64,000 bases of DNA from Octopus bimaculoides (Eukaryota). Both the position numbers and the translations under genes were made by a program. Shown here in pieces: positions 37,536 to 51,978 of this stretch. Numbering within the stretch: position 1 is the first letter of the stretch; each line of letters opens with the position of its first letter. Where the stretch lies: assembly GCF_001194135.2 (NCBI RefSeq), contig NC_068984.1, forward strand, positions 46,211,770 to 46,275,769, read 5' to 3'. The notes beneath the pieces are model-generated. The model searched no databases and was not told where the DNA came from. It saw only the letters and a list, made by a program, of their open reading frames with translations.

Positions 37536-38090
37536 CAGAGTACATACACAAATTACTATTCACTCACAAAACTCATTTTGCTATTTAACATGATGAATCT
37601 ACACACCTAACAACCTAAAGTTTAGCCACTGGACTACATACAAACGACTCCTGTCTACTCTTCCACCAGACAGATTAAATTTGTTGGCGCAGAATATACT
37701 GCCACGTGACACTAACACACAAACCTAGCAGGAAACAGACAAATCATGTGTTCATTCTCTACAGATACTTGACAAAACATTCAGAACATTGATTGTTTGG
37801 ACATATTCAGTCAACCGTGTCAGCCTTAACGTATGGCGCTAAACATTGTCACTTGACACTAGCACACGGATGTAGCGGGGAGCCTACAAAACTGTCTAAG
37901 ACCAGTCATGTGACTATCCTCTACCAATCAGTCCTATTCAAAACATATACTGATTTGAGCCATGAAACCCCTATAAACATTTGTCAGGCTTCAAACACTA
38001 GTAAGAAGCAAGACAGCTGCGACTTAAGACACGTCTTTCTATTTCAACCTTTTGAAAATCCGTGTCAACTGTGAAACTGGTTAAAGCTTT
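37536..38090 (+). mobile_element. Probable 3' UTR/pLTR of the Penelope-like element, ending in a decayed hammerhead motif
   Basis: Non-microsatellite sequence continues from the stop codon to CCTT-TTGAAAA-TCCGTGTCAACTGT-GAAAC-TG-GTT-AAAG (38048-38086), then reverts to simple repeats shortly after. Confidence 0.5.
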
Positions 38091-38127
38091 CAATATATTG
38101 ATAAAGAACATTTTAACTATACACACA

Positions 38128-38168
<41 letters not shown>

Positions 38169-38921
38169 GTATTATATATGCATGTATGTTTGTATGTATA
38201 TGACTAACTCGAATATAGCATTGCGTAAAAGTATCTGTACACTTGTTGATTTATCAAATTGCAATATTAAATATAAAAAAAGAAACAACTTGTTACTTAA
38301 GGTATAAACAGATTCGAGGCAATAAACACAGAAAAGTACTTAAAATTTGCGGTCATTGCTCCAGTAGGGCGTTCACAGTGGTGGTTAACACAAACTAGAG
38401 CTGAATAACTATCGATTCTTCCCATTAACAGAATGATACACATTTTATTTGAAGGATTTATTTTATTGAATTGATTCCAAGTGAATTACTTGATATATGT
38501 TTTACTGACACTCGGTCAGATGAAAAGAAAAGTCAGCCTCAATGACATTTCAGTTCCAGACGTACGAGGATAAAAGTAAATGCAGCAAATATCTATTTCG
38601 GTTTTCTAGTAGTTAGTTCTAAAGGTCTCTCACTCTCTGCCCTAATGAGCAAAAATATTGATTGCCATTGTTTTTATAGCCCTAGGACCGTCCTACCCAA
38701 GGAAAACCCATTATCAAAAACCATAAAACAGAATATTATTTTTACAAAATGCGTTGTATAATATGCCCATCATTTTAAGGCGATAGAGTATGATTTAAAT
38801 GAGTTCTTGCTGTTATCTATATTTAATTTCACGGACATATACGGGCTTCCTTTTTCGATTCAGTAAATATTAATTTCATACATTTATGGCTGAGAGATTT
38901 ATTTAACTGAATTGACCAACA

Positions 38922-38978
38922 TAGAACATATTTGTCCGTCTATACAATGCTGTAGAACATATTTGTCCGTCTATACAA
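38922..38978. repeat. Exact 26-bp direct duplication (period 31)
   Basis: TAGAACATATTTGTCCGTCTATACAA at 38922-38947 and 38953-38978. Confidence 0.9.
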
Positions 38979-39577
38979 ATGTGAAAATGTGAAGGTCACC
39001 TCAATTGGATTTGCACCGGAAAAAAAAAGAAAAATAGAGAAAAATTAAAATAAGAAACAAAGAGCAGAATAGCAAAACATTAACTACTGTAACTATTATT
39101 GCTATCATTTCTAGTATTTCAATACTATCGCCTGAATAAAGTCAAATGTTAGTTTGTTGCAGCAAGAAAAATATCTAACGTTTCGAGCAATTTCTAAAAG
39201 GTTATTAGTATAAAGTATGTAGAAGTTCGTGAGCGAAATTTGAGAAGAAGGAGGAGGAGTAATTGAAATTTGGCCTGGAGGATGAGAAGATGAATAAGGA
39301 GTTAAGAAAGGAAGAAGAGGAGAGTTAGAAGTAAAGAAGAGCGTGCATCGAAGAAAGTACACCGAACGCAAGGAGTTATTTGGGGCTGTAACCGAATCAT
39401 TGCTGGTGTTGATCATGGCCTGGTTGATACGTGGGTGGTAGCTAGTAGCAAAGAGAAAGACAAATTGAAAATGCGAAAATGACTAAATAAACATCAACTT
39501 TCGTAAACATATATCCTCATCTATGAACATATATATAGATATAGACATACATATACATACATACATACATACATACG

Positions 39578-39620
<43 letters not shown>

Positions 39621-40001
39621 CGTAAACATAGGCATTTATAAACGTATAAACACGTCATTCAGTTTGCATTAACAGTCTCCAAGGAAACACAAGTCTCACA
39701 ATGCAAACAGAAAGATACAATCTCCAAATCACCTACAACGTCTATAATAAACACAAACACACAAAAAGATACACTGAAATACATACACACGTATTTACAT
39801 ACATATACATACACACACATGCATAATATTATATACCGAAACACACCCTCGTGCACATACATGCGCACACAAACATACACTAGCGCACGTTCACCAGAAT
39901 AATATGTTTCCGCTAAACACACAGCTGTTAATATTAAATATAAAAAAAACACATATAGACGGGAAGTTTATTAATAGATATATACTCACCTGTATTCTGT
40001 A

Positions 40002-40240
40002 CTTGATTCATTCATTAGACTGCAGCCATGCTGGGACACCTCATTGAAGGGTCTAGTCGAACAAATCGACCCCAGTACTATTTTTGTAAAGTTTGGTACT
40101 TATTTTGTCGATATCTTTTTACCAAACCTCCAAATATGGAGACGTACCCACACCAAGACCGGTCGTCACGCAGTGGTGGGATACACACACAAGCACAAAG
40201 ACACACACATACATATATACATACATATATATGTATGTGC

Positions 40241-40275
<35 letters not shown>

Positions 40276-40545
40276 NNNNNNNNNNNNNNNNNNNNNNNNN
40301 NNNNNNNNNNNNNNNNNNNNNNNNNNNNNNNNNNNNNNNNNNNNNNNNNNNNNNNNNNNNNNNNNNNNNNNNNTATATAAGTATATATGCGTTAAGCTTC
40401 TTTCATTTTCTGTCTGCAAAATCAACTCACAAAGCTTTGATATGCTCACAGCTGTAGTAGAAGACACTTGCCAAAGCTGTTACTGAAACTAGAGCCGAGT
40501 GCTTCGAAAAAAAGTTCTTTACCTCACAGCCATATCTGCACCCAT
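40002..40545 (-). mobile_element. SINE family A, diverged, with internal (AT)n and N gap
   Basis: GACTGCAGCCATGCTGG...GTCGAACAAATCGACCCCAG and AGCTTCTTTCA...CTCACAAAGCTTTG...GTAGAAGACACTTGCC...CACAGCCA are colinear with 2905-3323. Confidence 0.75.
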
Positions 40546-42719
40546 GTAAAGTTACCTCCCAGGCGGGTAAGCCGACCCCCGGTCTCCCGCATGAAAAGGA
40601 TACGTACCACAATGTCTTTAAATATCTGTCAACACGTAAAGATATCGCACTCTATAAAAATTCTTGCAAAAGATGAGTAAATAAATAAATAAGAAAAAAG
40701 GGAAGAAATACACGCAGATAAATAAGAAGGATCTATGGGATCTAGGATTGCAGTTAGAAAGCTTCAGGTGACCATGAACACTTGGCATAAAGACTTACAT
40801 TTTGAATGGAACTTTCTGCCTATGATAGACCTTACTTTCTGTATATTATTGTCAGTACTTGGTTGATTCTTTATTTTATGTAAAACAATACAATGAAAGG
40901 CAAAACCTTTTTTCTACGGTCTTTGAACTTGCAATGTGGACAAGGTCGAAACTTCACGTTCGTAACCAATCCACCCCATTATCCCAGGTACATTCATATA
41001 GCACTTTGATTCAGGAGCAGGTAACTTAGTTGTATACAAACAAATGAATAGTACTCGTCGATAGAAATAGATCCACCATATGTAGCATGAGTCTGTGTGC
41101 ATGTAGCTGTGTATGTGTGCGTGTGTGTGTTATTAGAGAGGTAATGTATTTTTCGAATCTGTAGTGAAGGTAAATGAGATCAACAGACACACACGCTGTA
41201 TTCAGGATGCCATATAATAAGCAAACTACGAATTATATGAGCTATATGAAAAAGGAAGCACAAAAGAAATAATTCTATACGCATACGTGTATAGCATCAT
41301 AGATTTTTGTAGGCATTTTTAGGCATATTACTAGTAACACATATATTCATAATATATATATCTGAAAAAATACGAAGGTGAGATTCCCTATACTTTTCAT
41401 CTTTTCAAAATTTGCTGGTTCACGTAATTATTCAGCACATGAAACCGAAAGCATGTAAGGGGGTCATTGAACATAGCATTTAGTTATCGTTCCATGTGTC
41501 CTTCGGGCAAAATTGCTTCTTACATGCTCGCCTCAAATTTGACACGTGAAAAGTAAATAAAACACGATATGGCATATCGTTCGAATGTTAACAGAAAGCA
41601 GTTATTAATTTTCTGGTCATACTTCTCAGCTTTAAAGTTTGCGCTTTTTCCTTTTTGTTTAGAACACATAGAGCGTCGCAACCTGCCCTTGATAAATGTC
41701 AATCTCGAATAGAATAAAAGAAAAACAGAAAACTATCTCACATAAAAAATCCGAAAACGAAATAAAAAAAACAAACAATAAGATATGAAATATAACAATG
41801 CTGAACAATTACAAAGAATACGGTAATAAGATGTAAGAATGAGTATGATGTTACGTAATTTATGATATATACATATATATATTTGTGCCTAGTTTCCCAA
41901 AATGACTGAGTCTGACATAAGTAAACCAAACTGGAGGGGAGTTCAGGAGGTTATAATTTCAGCACGACCAGTCGTTGTTCCAGCGCACAGAGGTCTACCG
42001 TGCAGTTTTTAAAAACAAAGTCAAAGTTTCCTCAAACAACTTTAAAAGATTCTCTAAATAATCTATCAGAGAGGAAGTGTTGCCAACTAGTGGCGGTATA
42101 CGGAGAGGGTTTGGATCGTTAACAAAGAGAATATGAAGGGGAACGATCTGCTCAGAAGAACCTCGTCAGAAAACGTTACAGGAAATATACATTTCAGTAT
42201 TCTATTCCGTCGGCTAACAACGTTCCACCCCTTGTACGTCGGTACAGAAAGGTGGAAAACCAGGATGATTGGAACATACGGTGGCAGTTATACAGTTCTT
42301 GAGAGAAGTGAGGGAAGGTAGAGAAAATACGGTAGTTCTGTGATTTGGACCTCATATCAGTCTATGGCACAATAACTAGTAGAGGGGGCCCTTCATGATA
42401 CCGTACCCCCAGAAAGATCAACGATCGCATTCTGAATTATTGTTGCAGTTTCCCGATGAGAGTTACAGCAGGGTGCACAGCATCAGAATGGCATAAATCT
42501 TAAAAAAGTTACTATAACTCAGCGCACCATTTCAGTAACTGTTTTTACTTCACCATGACTATGGTAATCAAGTCAGCAGAAGTCGAGTTTCAATAACCTC
42601 AGACATAATCCTGCATGCAAAAGCAACCAATAAGAGCCTGCATAGATGCCCTGAGTGTAACAATATCAACAGCTGCTGATGGCATGTGTATCTTTCAAAC
42701 ACTCGAGTAACTCATCTTA

Positions 42720-42980
42720 AGGGCAAGGCTGGATTTAAAAGCATCAAATTTGGAGATTGCTTGGTACTGGAAGGAAAAGAAGTGATGGAGAAGTTTCGCT
42801 TTTTGTAGATAAAGGCTTCTCTTACTTCTCTTAATATGAAATAGAGAAACCACAAGCATATCAAAGTAGCAGAAGCTGCCATTAATATGTGCACAGTAAG
42901 AAAGTAGAGTTCTGCCAGAGGTTTGAAGGTGGTAGAGGAACAGTTGAGGCAAAGCAACAGGTTGGGACTGTGGGGATGTA
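42720..42980 (+). pseudogene. Possible very decayed RTE-clade LINE reverse-transcriptase C-terminal remnant
   Basis: LEGKEVMEKFRFL* resembles RTE 'EVVxxFxYLG', and downstream VVEEQLRQSNRLGLWG resembles 'IxEKxRxxRLRWxGH'. The spacing is too short and stops are present, so support is weak. Confidence 0.3.
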
Positions 42981-44345
42981 TGTACACCTACACACATANN
43001 NNNNNNNNNNNNNNNNNNNNNNNNNNNNNNNNNNNNNNNNNNNNNNNNNNNNNNNNNNNNNNNNNNNNNNNNNNNNNNNNNNNNNNNNNNNNNNNNNNNN
43101 NNNNNNNNNNNNNNNNNNNNNNNNNNNNNNNNNNNNNNNNNNNNNNNNNNNNNNNNNNNNNNNNNNNNNNNNNNNNNNNNNNNNNNNNNNNNNNNNNNNN
43201 NNNNNNNNNNNNNNNNNNNNNNNNNNNNNNNNNNNNNNNNNNNNNNNNNNNNNNNNNNNNNNNNNNNNNNNNNNNNNNNNNNNNNNNNNNNNNNNNNNNN
43301 NNNNNNNNNNNNNNNNNNNNNNNNNNNNNNNNNNNNNNNNNNNNNNNNNNNNNNNNNNNNNNNNNNNNNNNNNNNNNNNNNNNNNNNNNNNNNNNNNNNN
43401 NNNNNNNNNNNNNNNNNNNNNNNNNNNNNNNNNNNNNNNNNNNNNNNNNNNNNNNNNNNNNNNNNNNNNNNNNNNNNNNNNNNNNNNNNNNNNNNNNNNN
43501 NNNNNNNNNNNNNNNNNNNNNNNNNNNNNNNNNNNNNNNNNNNNNNNNNNNNNNNNNNNNNNNNNNNNNNNNNNNNNNATATATATATATATATATACAA
43601 ATAGTGTGTGTGTGTGTTTGTGTGTTTGTTTGTGTGTCTATATATACCCATAGACATTAGCACATTAGTTGATATTTATATACACTTGCAACACAATCCT
43701 TCACGTAAACCAGCTGCCCCACTGCCAAAATCATGAACGCAAATTTGTATTATTTTCCGATCCATACCATCTGATTATTTAAATGTTATACGGAAATATA
43801 TCAACTATTCTGTTGCTTTGCACCAGATTCATCTTGACAGATGTTAGGAAGTCTGCAAGTCTACAGATCTGCTAACATTTTGAAGACAATGCTTCGAAGC
43901 TAATAGCTTTAATCGAAACAATAACCAACTGCTTGACCTCGTGATAGAAAATGAATATAAAGATAAAATACGAACAACATTTATTAATAATAAACATGTT
44001 AAACAGTCAGGGTTAGAGAGAGATTGAATAGTAGACCATAGTAACCTTTCCTCGCAACTCCCTGTAGTACACATACACATACACAGACACCCACATTCCC
44101 ACGCTCGTACAGACAATATGCCAATATGTGTATACATATCTACATCTCTTGACCGTCTCTGATAAACTGTTTGTAAAAAGCGTGATGATAGTAAACCTAG
44201 CATTGCTGTGCTCACTGAAAATAAAGCATAATTATTATATGTATGTATGTATGTACGTATGTATGTAAGTATCTAGCTATCTGTGTGCGAGTGTGTGTGC
44301 ACGCGTGCGCAATCACACTCACACACGTGTCTCTGTGTGTGTGTG

Positions 44346-44379
<34 letters not shown>

Positions 44380-45026
44380 NNNNNNNNNNNNNNNNNNNNN
44401 NNNNNNNNNNNNNNNNNNNNNNNNNNNNNNNNNNNNNNNNNNNNNNNNNNNNNNNNNNNNNNNNNNNNNNNNNNNNNNNNNNNNNNNNNNNNNNNNNNNN
44501 NNNNNNNNNNNNNNNNNNNNNNNNNNNNNNNNNNNNNNNNNNNNNNNNNNNNNNNNNNNNNNNNNNNNNNNNNNNNNNNNNNNNNNNNNNNNNNNNNNNN
44601 NNNNNNNNNNNNNNNNNNNNNNNNNNNNNNNNNNNNNNNNNNNNNNNNNNNNNNNNNNNNNNNNNNNNNNNNNNNNNNNNNNNNNNNNNNNNNNNNNNNN
44701 NNNNNNNNNNNNNNNNNNNNNNNNNNNNNNNNNNNNNNNNNNNNNNNNNNNNNNNNNNNNNNNNNNNNNNNNNNNNNNNNNNNNNNNNNNNNNNNNNNNN
44801 NNNNNNNNNNNNNNNNNNNNNNNNNNNNNNNNNNNNNNNNNNNNNNNNNNNNNNNNNNNNNNNNNNNNNNNNNNNNNNNNNNNNNNNNNNNNNNNNNNNN
44901 NNNNNNNNNNNNNNNNNNNNNNNNNNNNNNNNNNNNNNNNNNNNNNNNNNNNNNNNNNNNNNNNNNNNNNNNNNNNNNNNNNNNNNNNNNNNNNNNNNNN
45001 NNNNNNNNNNNNNNNNNNNNNNNNNN

Positions 45027-45066
<40 letters not shown>

Positions 45067-45144
45067 AGCTGAGCACATAAGTGCAAAGCAAGGTGGAAAA
45101 AACAGTACTCGAATACAAACGGTAGAATAATACCATTTATTAAA

Positions 45145-45291
45145 CTGCAAAATTATCACATAACTTTTACTCAGAGTTTAACATTCCTGTCCGTCGGACA
45201 GTTATAATAAATTTTAATCCAGTATTTATCACAACTGTCCAGTGAACGGGAACGTGAGAGTCTGAGTAACAGTTCTGTGATAGTTTTGCAG
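45145..45291. mobile_element. Palindromic element: 59-bp arms, 29-nt spacer
   Basis: CTGCAAAATTATCACATAACTTTTACTCAGAG...GGACAGTT (45145-45203) is complementary to AACTGTCC...TCTGAGTAACAGTTCTGTGATAGTTTTGCAG (45233-45291). Confidence 0.75.
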
Positions 45292-47481
45292 CGCGTCCAA
45301 GGTAGTTCCCTTGAAAGAATTGCTTGAAAACATAGTATATCTCAAATCTAGGGGGAACGAAACCGCACTAGAAGTAAACGGATGTGACCAATACGGTTAT
45401 TTCGCGATCATTCCTATTCTACATTTCTACGATCTAATCCACCACCGGACCAACATGTAAATACCTTTTAGGGTATTTTGCAGTCATACCTCTTATTGTA
45501 AACACATATGCATTTATAGTCATGCATGAATTGGTGGATGCATGTGTTTACAAACGTGGAAAAGTACCCAATTCATGAAAATTCAGAAAAGATGTCTATG
45601 AGAAATCTAACAATTTAGCTATTTCTCTTTTGAAAATTCATCGAAAAATACTGATCGAAATAACTAAAAAAATTCACCATTTCCAATCTTCTGTTCAAAA
45701 TTAGAAAACGAATAGTATATTCAAATTCTTCATTTAAATATTCTAGCAGTATTCATGTAGAGGATGTAATGGACAAATCGATTTTACATACTTTTAATAT
45801 TATCCTTTAATCTATAAATAATTCTGGAGTTTAAGGAAATGCAGTAACTTTCACATACTTTGAATATATTTATATATTACGAGAAATAATTTTGCGTGCT
45901 TTTCAAAAAGACCTACATAAGTAATTTTTACAGTTTTAGCGCAGTTAACTTGGCTGAAGCATAGCAAAGCGTTAAATCATAGTGTTAAATGTTTAGCTAT
46001 TACGTTTGTTGCAATCATACAGAGAAATGATTTGCGAATTCGTAGTACAAAAGATTCTTCCACTTTCTTCCCATGGAAGCAGTGAAGTTCTGGGTACAGC
46101 TGTAGTTCACTTTAACGTTATTTCCGTTGAAGGGCTTCTGATATGATGATATGTATAGTTTACTGGGAATATATTTATCATAGTTTTCATAGATGTAGAT
46201 ACAGGTAACAGTGGGACGAACATTTATGCTTCTTTTCTCGGTTTTGAATTTATTAATACTATTGTACTGCTTTTTTTTTTACAGTATTCAAACTTTAAAA
46301 TCAGTCTTCTCATGTTTTAATGTAATAAAGACTCAGACAGAGATATAACCGATATGTGCTTGTATTTTTATTAAAAGCCCTTCGTGGATTACTGAGGAAT
46401 ACTCGGAAACATATTAATATACTGTGATTTCTCATAAAGTCTGAATAAGTGGAGCATTCACTAGTACCTAAACCTAACCATAATTTACTTTGGAATAACG
46501 ATTTCTTGAATAAACGGCGGAATTTTTCAAATATAACATGCGTTACCATAGATACTTACTGAAGACTTTCCAACTACTATCTATGTAATGCTATATAATA
46601 GATTCGTTATTTGCAAGAACAACATAAACCTCGGGGAAAGAAAAAAACAAGCAAACGTTCTTAAATCCATAAGCAATAAAGCTTCATGAACAATAGCCGT
46701 CATTAATGATTGTGTATGATAAAAATTTAATACAAGTGAAGTGAAATAAATTTCGGTTGTGTTGTGAATAAAATAGATTATATGCTGATGAAGACATGGC
46801 AATATGAAATAATTTTATATGAGATTAGCGGAATATGTGGTACATTTTCTTGGGATTTTTCCGTAAACCAATCAAATCTCAATCACTAACAATTCGATGT
46901 GTTTGTGAATATTATTGCTTAAACATACACGTAATGCATCCCTCGTTTAACCGGTTGTCTATTCGTCAACATGAAACTCAGTTACAATTTAAGAAGCTAC
47001 AATTTTTAATCACACACGCACATGTGCTCATACACACACAGACACAAATATATTTATAGATGTGTATCTGTGTGTGTTTGTGTGCGTGCGTGTGTGTGTA
47101 TGTCTACCTCTGTGCATATATATGTATATTTATGTTAGAGCATATCAATATATGCGAATACTGTTATCCATTAGCTTCCATTCCACTCATCCTATTGTTC
47201 TTCATAAAAAAACGAATGCTTGAATATTGATTGGTTTATAGATATTTCTGCTGATATGCGTAAAGGGCTATATCCCAAATTAAATCAGAGACAGGACAGA
47301 GAAAGTTTACACATATGTGTGTCTGTGTGTTTGTGTGCGTATGTGTTTTCGGTAAGTATGTTAGTGTGTTAATGTGCCTCCTCCTCCTCCTCCTNNNNNN
47401 NNNNNNNNNNNNNNNNNNNNNNNNNNNNNNNNNNNNNNNNNNNNNNNNNNNNNNNNNNNNNNNNNNNNNNNNNNNNNNNNN

Positions 47482-47539
<58 letters not shown>

Positions 47540-47836
47540 AATTTCGAGACTGGTGATGCACATAATCATTACTCAGAGATTTTCACATATATTTAGTCAT
47601 GATATAATACAAGGACACACGCGCACACACACACACACAAACTTTTTCCTGAGATTGTTCCAGATGATGAAAGCAAAACACGTATTTGAAAACCTAGTGC
47701 ACGGGTAGACAACACTGACATTTAGAACTGAATGACTTTTGCTTCTCTTTGAATGCCATTAGGTATATGTAGCACTGGAATTGCATTTTACACACACACA
47801 CACACACACACATGCATGTAAGTATCTACGTACTTG

Positions 47837-47938
47837 TATGCATATGGTATTGATATGCATATGGTTTTGGTATGCATATGGTATTGGTATGCATATGGTA
47901 TTGGTATGCATATGGTATTGGTATGCATATGGTATTGC
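47837..47938. repeat. 17-bp minisatellite, 6 copies (TATGCATATGGTATTGG)
   Basis: Units start at 47837, 47854, 47871, 47888, 47905 and 47922. Confidence 0.9.
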
Positions 47939-49512
47939 CTACTTTAGACATTCATATTATCCTGTCTATAACAACTCTTTCATCTTTCCAAGGCTACTAG
48001 AATAAGTACCAGTAGTACGTGAGACCAAAATGATTGATTGTACGTCGTCCCTTGACTGATACTATTGGGCTGTTGCTTGAAATTATGACTTTGATTTCTA
48101 GATAAACTTATTTCGCTTCATTTCTCATATATTCTTAAGCATTGATCAATACTTAAACGTCACTGTTTCTTATTTCTGTATCATATAGATTCCATTGTTA
48201 ACTTTGGTTAAGCCAGAAAGTGTTTATACATTAGCGATGTGCGAAAATGTAAAGGTGTGATGTTTAACCTTTTCACAAGTGCGTTATCGCCATAAATAAA
48301 ATGTGTGCAAATCTTTATTGTAACTGCGTCAGTAGAGACGAAATAGTTACTTCTACGAACTGAGTCACCAAAGCAGACTCAATTCTCTTGCTAGAGATAT
48401 CTGCCAAATCTCTGTCAAGCCACATACTAACATCTTATAAAAAGACACACTAGACAAAATGTTTCTGCGTGAAGAGTACTTAAAGGGGAAAAAAAACTGC
48501 ACGGTCACAGCAAGAATAGCTTTGAATATATGTTTGTTCACTAAGATCTGTTTATCTAACAAATAACAATGAACACTCCATCATTCTCCTGTTGGTCTAA
48601 CGCAATTTCGAGTGATCCACTAGCTCGTTTCATCTGCTATTGTACTCTATGCCAGCTTACTGCGATATACATTTCTTGAATATTTATTAATTCATCATGT
48701 TTTGTTTATATGACAATGTTTCTAATAATTCAATCCTAGAGAGTGTAAATACGTTCATAACCTTTATCAAGACTTCAAACAGATGCTGTGGATATAGATA
48801 AAGTAACATCACACTTCAATGTGTGTATGTGTGTGTTGTGTGTGTGTGTGTGTGTGTGTGCGTGCGCGCGCGTGTGTATGTGTGTGTGTGTGTGTTTTTG
48901 TGTGCGCGTAAATATGACCATCGATCGCAATAGAGAATGAATCAGTTGCTTGTACCAAGCGTTCACTAATAGATTTAGACATAGAGTTGTGAGACATTGG
49001 CATAACCGGACATTCAAATTTATGAGAATTCGAGGGAGATACAAGAGCACAAGCACTGGGCTTGCAAGCTCCTTTGATAGGCAACACCGATCATAGCGGA
49101 GGTTGAATTTAGAGCACAAGCAGTCAGGGTAAAGATCGCACTTCATTGTACTCGACACTCTACCTACTCTGCCCTTCGACCAGCTTCACACAATGCACTC
49201 ACACACACATATACACACACACACACACACACGCACACACACGCACAATAACACAAACACACACACACATATTTGATAAGGGAAACGGAAAATGGATTTG
49301 GTACGAATCTTTATCGAACCCAACGATCGTTTCGACCAATCCCGCAGCTGTCCCTTATGCTTACTCTGCATCAAGCTGTGTTTCATTAATCAGTGTAGTC
49401 TACGTCACCTCAGATGTTTGGTATAACTGTGAATGACATCAGCTAGCCCAAACGGTGAATGTGGGTTAATCGGCATACAAATAGATATTCACCTAAAGTC
49501 CAAATAATTACT

Positions 49513-49549
<37 letters not shown>

Positions 49550-49565
49550 TTATGGCTGATTTAGC

Positions 49566-49765
49566 AATATCTTTTCTACTTTAGGCACAAGGCCCAAAAT
49601 TTTGGGGGAGGAGGCCAGTCGATTAGATCGACCTCAGTACGCAACTGGTACTTATTTAATCAACCTCGAAAAGATGAAAAGCAAAGTCAATCTCAGCAGA
49701 ATTTGAACTCAGAACGTAAAGACAGACGAAAATCCGTTAAGCATTTCGCCCAGCATGTTAACGTT
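49566..49765 (-). mobile_element. SINE family B, head slightly truncated
   Basis: AATATCTTTTCTACTTTAGGCACAAGGCCCAAAATTTTGGGGG...GAATTTGAACTCAGAACGTAAAGACAGACGAA...AAGCATTTCGCCCAGCATGTTAACG. Confidence 0.85.
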
Positions 49766-51978
49766 AGGGACCAATTCTCAGACTGCAGATTACAGCTGAA
49801 TGCTTGCAGCAAAATGGACACCGCATAAAGCATGGAAGGAACATGTGGTACCGCTACAACTGGCCATGAATTAAGTCTATCATATATAAAGAGCTCCAGT
49901 TCCTTCTACGAACTAAATCGCTGTTACACGACTACAATCGATTCAAGCTTGCGGTAGAACATAGAATATAATTCAATTATAGGATAAAGTCTTTGTAAGA
50001 ATATATATATATATATATATATTTATATGTACAAACAAGCAAACTCATATAGTGAGTACAGTCATATGACATGGTTAACATATGACCTCCCGAATCTTGG
50101 CTTAAACTTGGGCAGAAATATAATCTTTAATTTAAAATATGACAAGAAGCACAGAATTTGATTGACGTGAAAAAAAAACCCCAACAAACCAACAAACAAA
50201 AACAAAAAAGCAAAAAACAAAACAGTATTATTATTTTTGTAGAGATGGAAAAACACCCAGCTGGATGAATTTTGAACTCGTGGCATAAAGGATAACGATG
50301 CATATTCCATCGCCAGCACAATGACGAGTTCAATGCTAAAATATTAATTGTTTCTTGTTTAATCTATTTAGGTGAAAACTAAGATTATGTATGAAGTGCA
50401 GGTACAACTCTGTTTTGCAAAGAGCAAGCAGCGAATTTATAATCAATAAACATTTGGTTAGTTAGCATGTTTGAGTGTGCTCATAAATCTGTAATAGCTT
50501 CAGTTAGTTTTGTACTGGTTATCTCTGATAACTGTACTTAATAATCAGAGGTCAATGATCTATTGTACATTGACTTCACAAAAGAAAAATCTTGTGCCAT
50601 GGGGATATATTTTTTCTGTACCATGTTAGAGCGCACGCATAGGTGAATATTTCAAATTAAGTAATAAGGATTATGATATGAATATAAGGATTTCTTTTCT
50701 CGTCTATCAGATCATTTTTGCCAAGGATTTACTTACTTAACTCATTGATAATCCACTACTTCTTGTTTTTAAAATGTTCTTCTTCGGCTAATAATTGGAT
50801 TTCTACATAGAATCTGAATCCAAACCATAGATATTACGTTATTTTCTGCTTTTTTCTCCCTCAATTCAAAATTGGATTTATCGACTGGTTTTATGCAGTT
50901 AGCTTTATTGTAGTGTTGCAGCAATTTTATTCTGCTTCAACTTATTGTATTAACTAAATTGCATTTGCTATGTGTTATTTGCGGAAGACATACTATTGAA
51001 CTGTATGGCCCTTCAATCCTTATGCGCTGACGGTTTTTCTTTCGTTGATTGTTAATTGCAACTAGCGTTCAAATAAAGGGAGACGAATGGACAATGAGAT
51101 AACAACTGTGATTTCACCAAATACAGAATAAAGAAGGATAATTTCTCATAAAAATGAAATGTCTGTATGACAAAGAGATTTGTATAAAGAATTTGTTGAA
51201 GATAAATATGATTCGCAGAGTGACACAAAACGGCGAATTAAACGCGTAAACCTCATGTATATACGTATATCATGTGATGTACGAAATTCTTAACAATAAA
51301 CCAGAAGTGGATGTTTCTCAACGATTTGCCATGCGTCTTTGATTAAACGCAGTATATATATATATATNNNNNNNNNNNNNNNNNNNNNNNNNNNNNNNNN
51401 NNNNNNNNNNNNNNNNNNNNNNNNNNNNNNNNNNNNNNNNNNNNNNNNNNNNNNNNNNNNNNNNNNNNNNNNNNNNNNNNNNNNNNNNNNNNNNNNNNNN
51501 NNNNNNNNNNNNNNNNNNNNNNNNNNNNNNNNNNNNATATATATATATGCAAATATATATGTGTGTGTGTGTGTTTGTGTGTATGTCTGTGTGTGTTTGT
51601 GTGTATGTCTGTGTGTGTTTGTGTGCGTGCGTATATATGTGTATAAGACACTACTTGATTAGAAAGCAAACTATCCACACAGAGAGCATATAACTGAATT
51701 GGTGAATTAAGACATCATTCAACTCTACTATATGTAAGTGTTTTATTGTATATGACAAGAAGCATGTAATTTCGATTCCAGGTTGTAGATTTTCATCCAA
51801 TATATGTAAATCTGTTCTTTTGCTACAAATAGCGAATCATAAATGTGTACGTCTGTCCAGGTTTCAAACCAATAAATTTTCTTATATAACTAGTTGACGA
51901 AGTCCCTAAAGGTAGGAGCTTTGATCTGTCTACAAAGCATTATCTTGAACGCAATTTTGATTGTGCGGATCAATTCAC

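Noticed and set aside
46785-46825. CTGATGA...GAAA hammerhead candidate
   Set aside because: Stems II and III do not pair, and the stem I match is AT-only and expected by chance.
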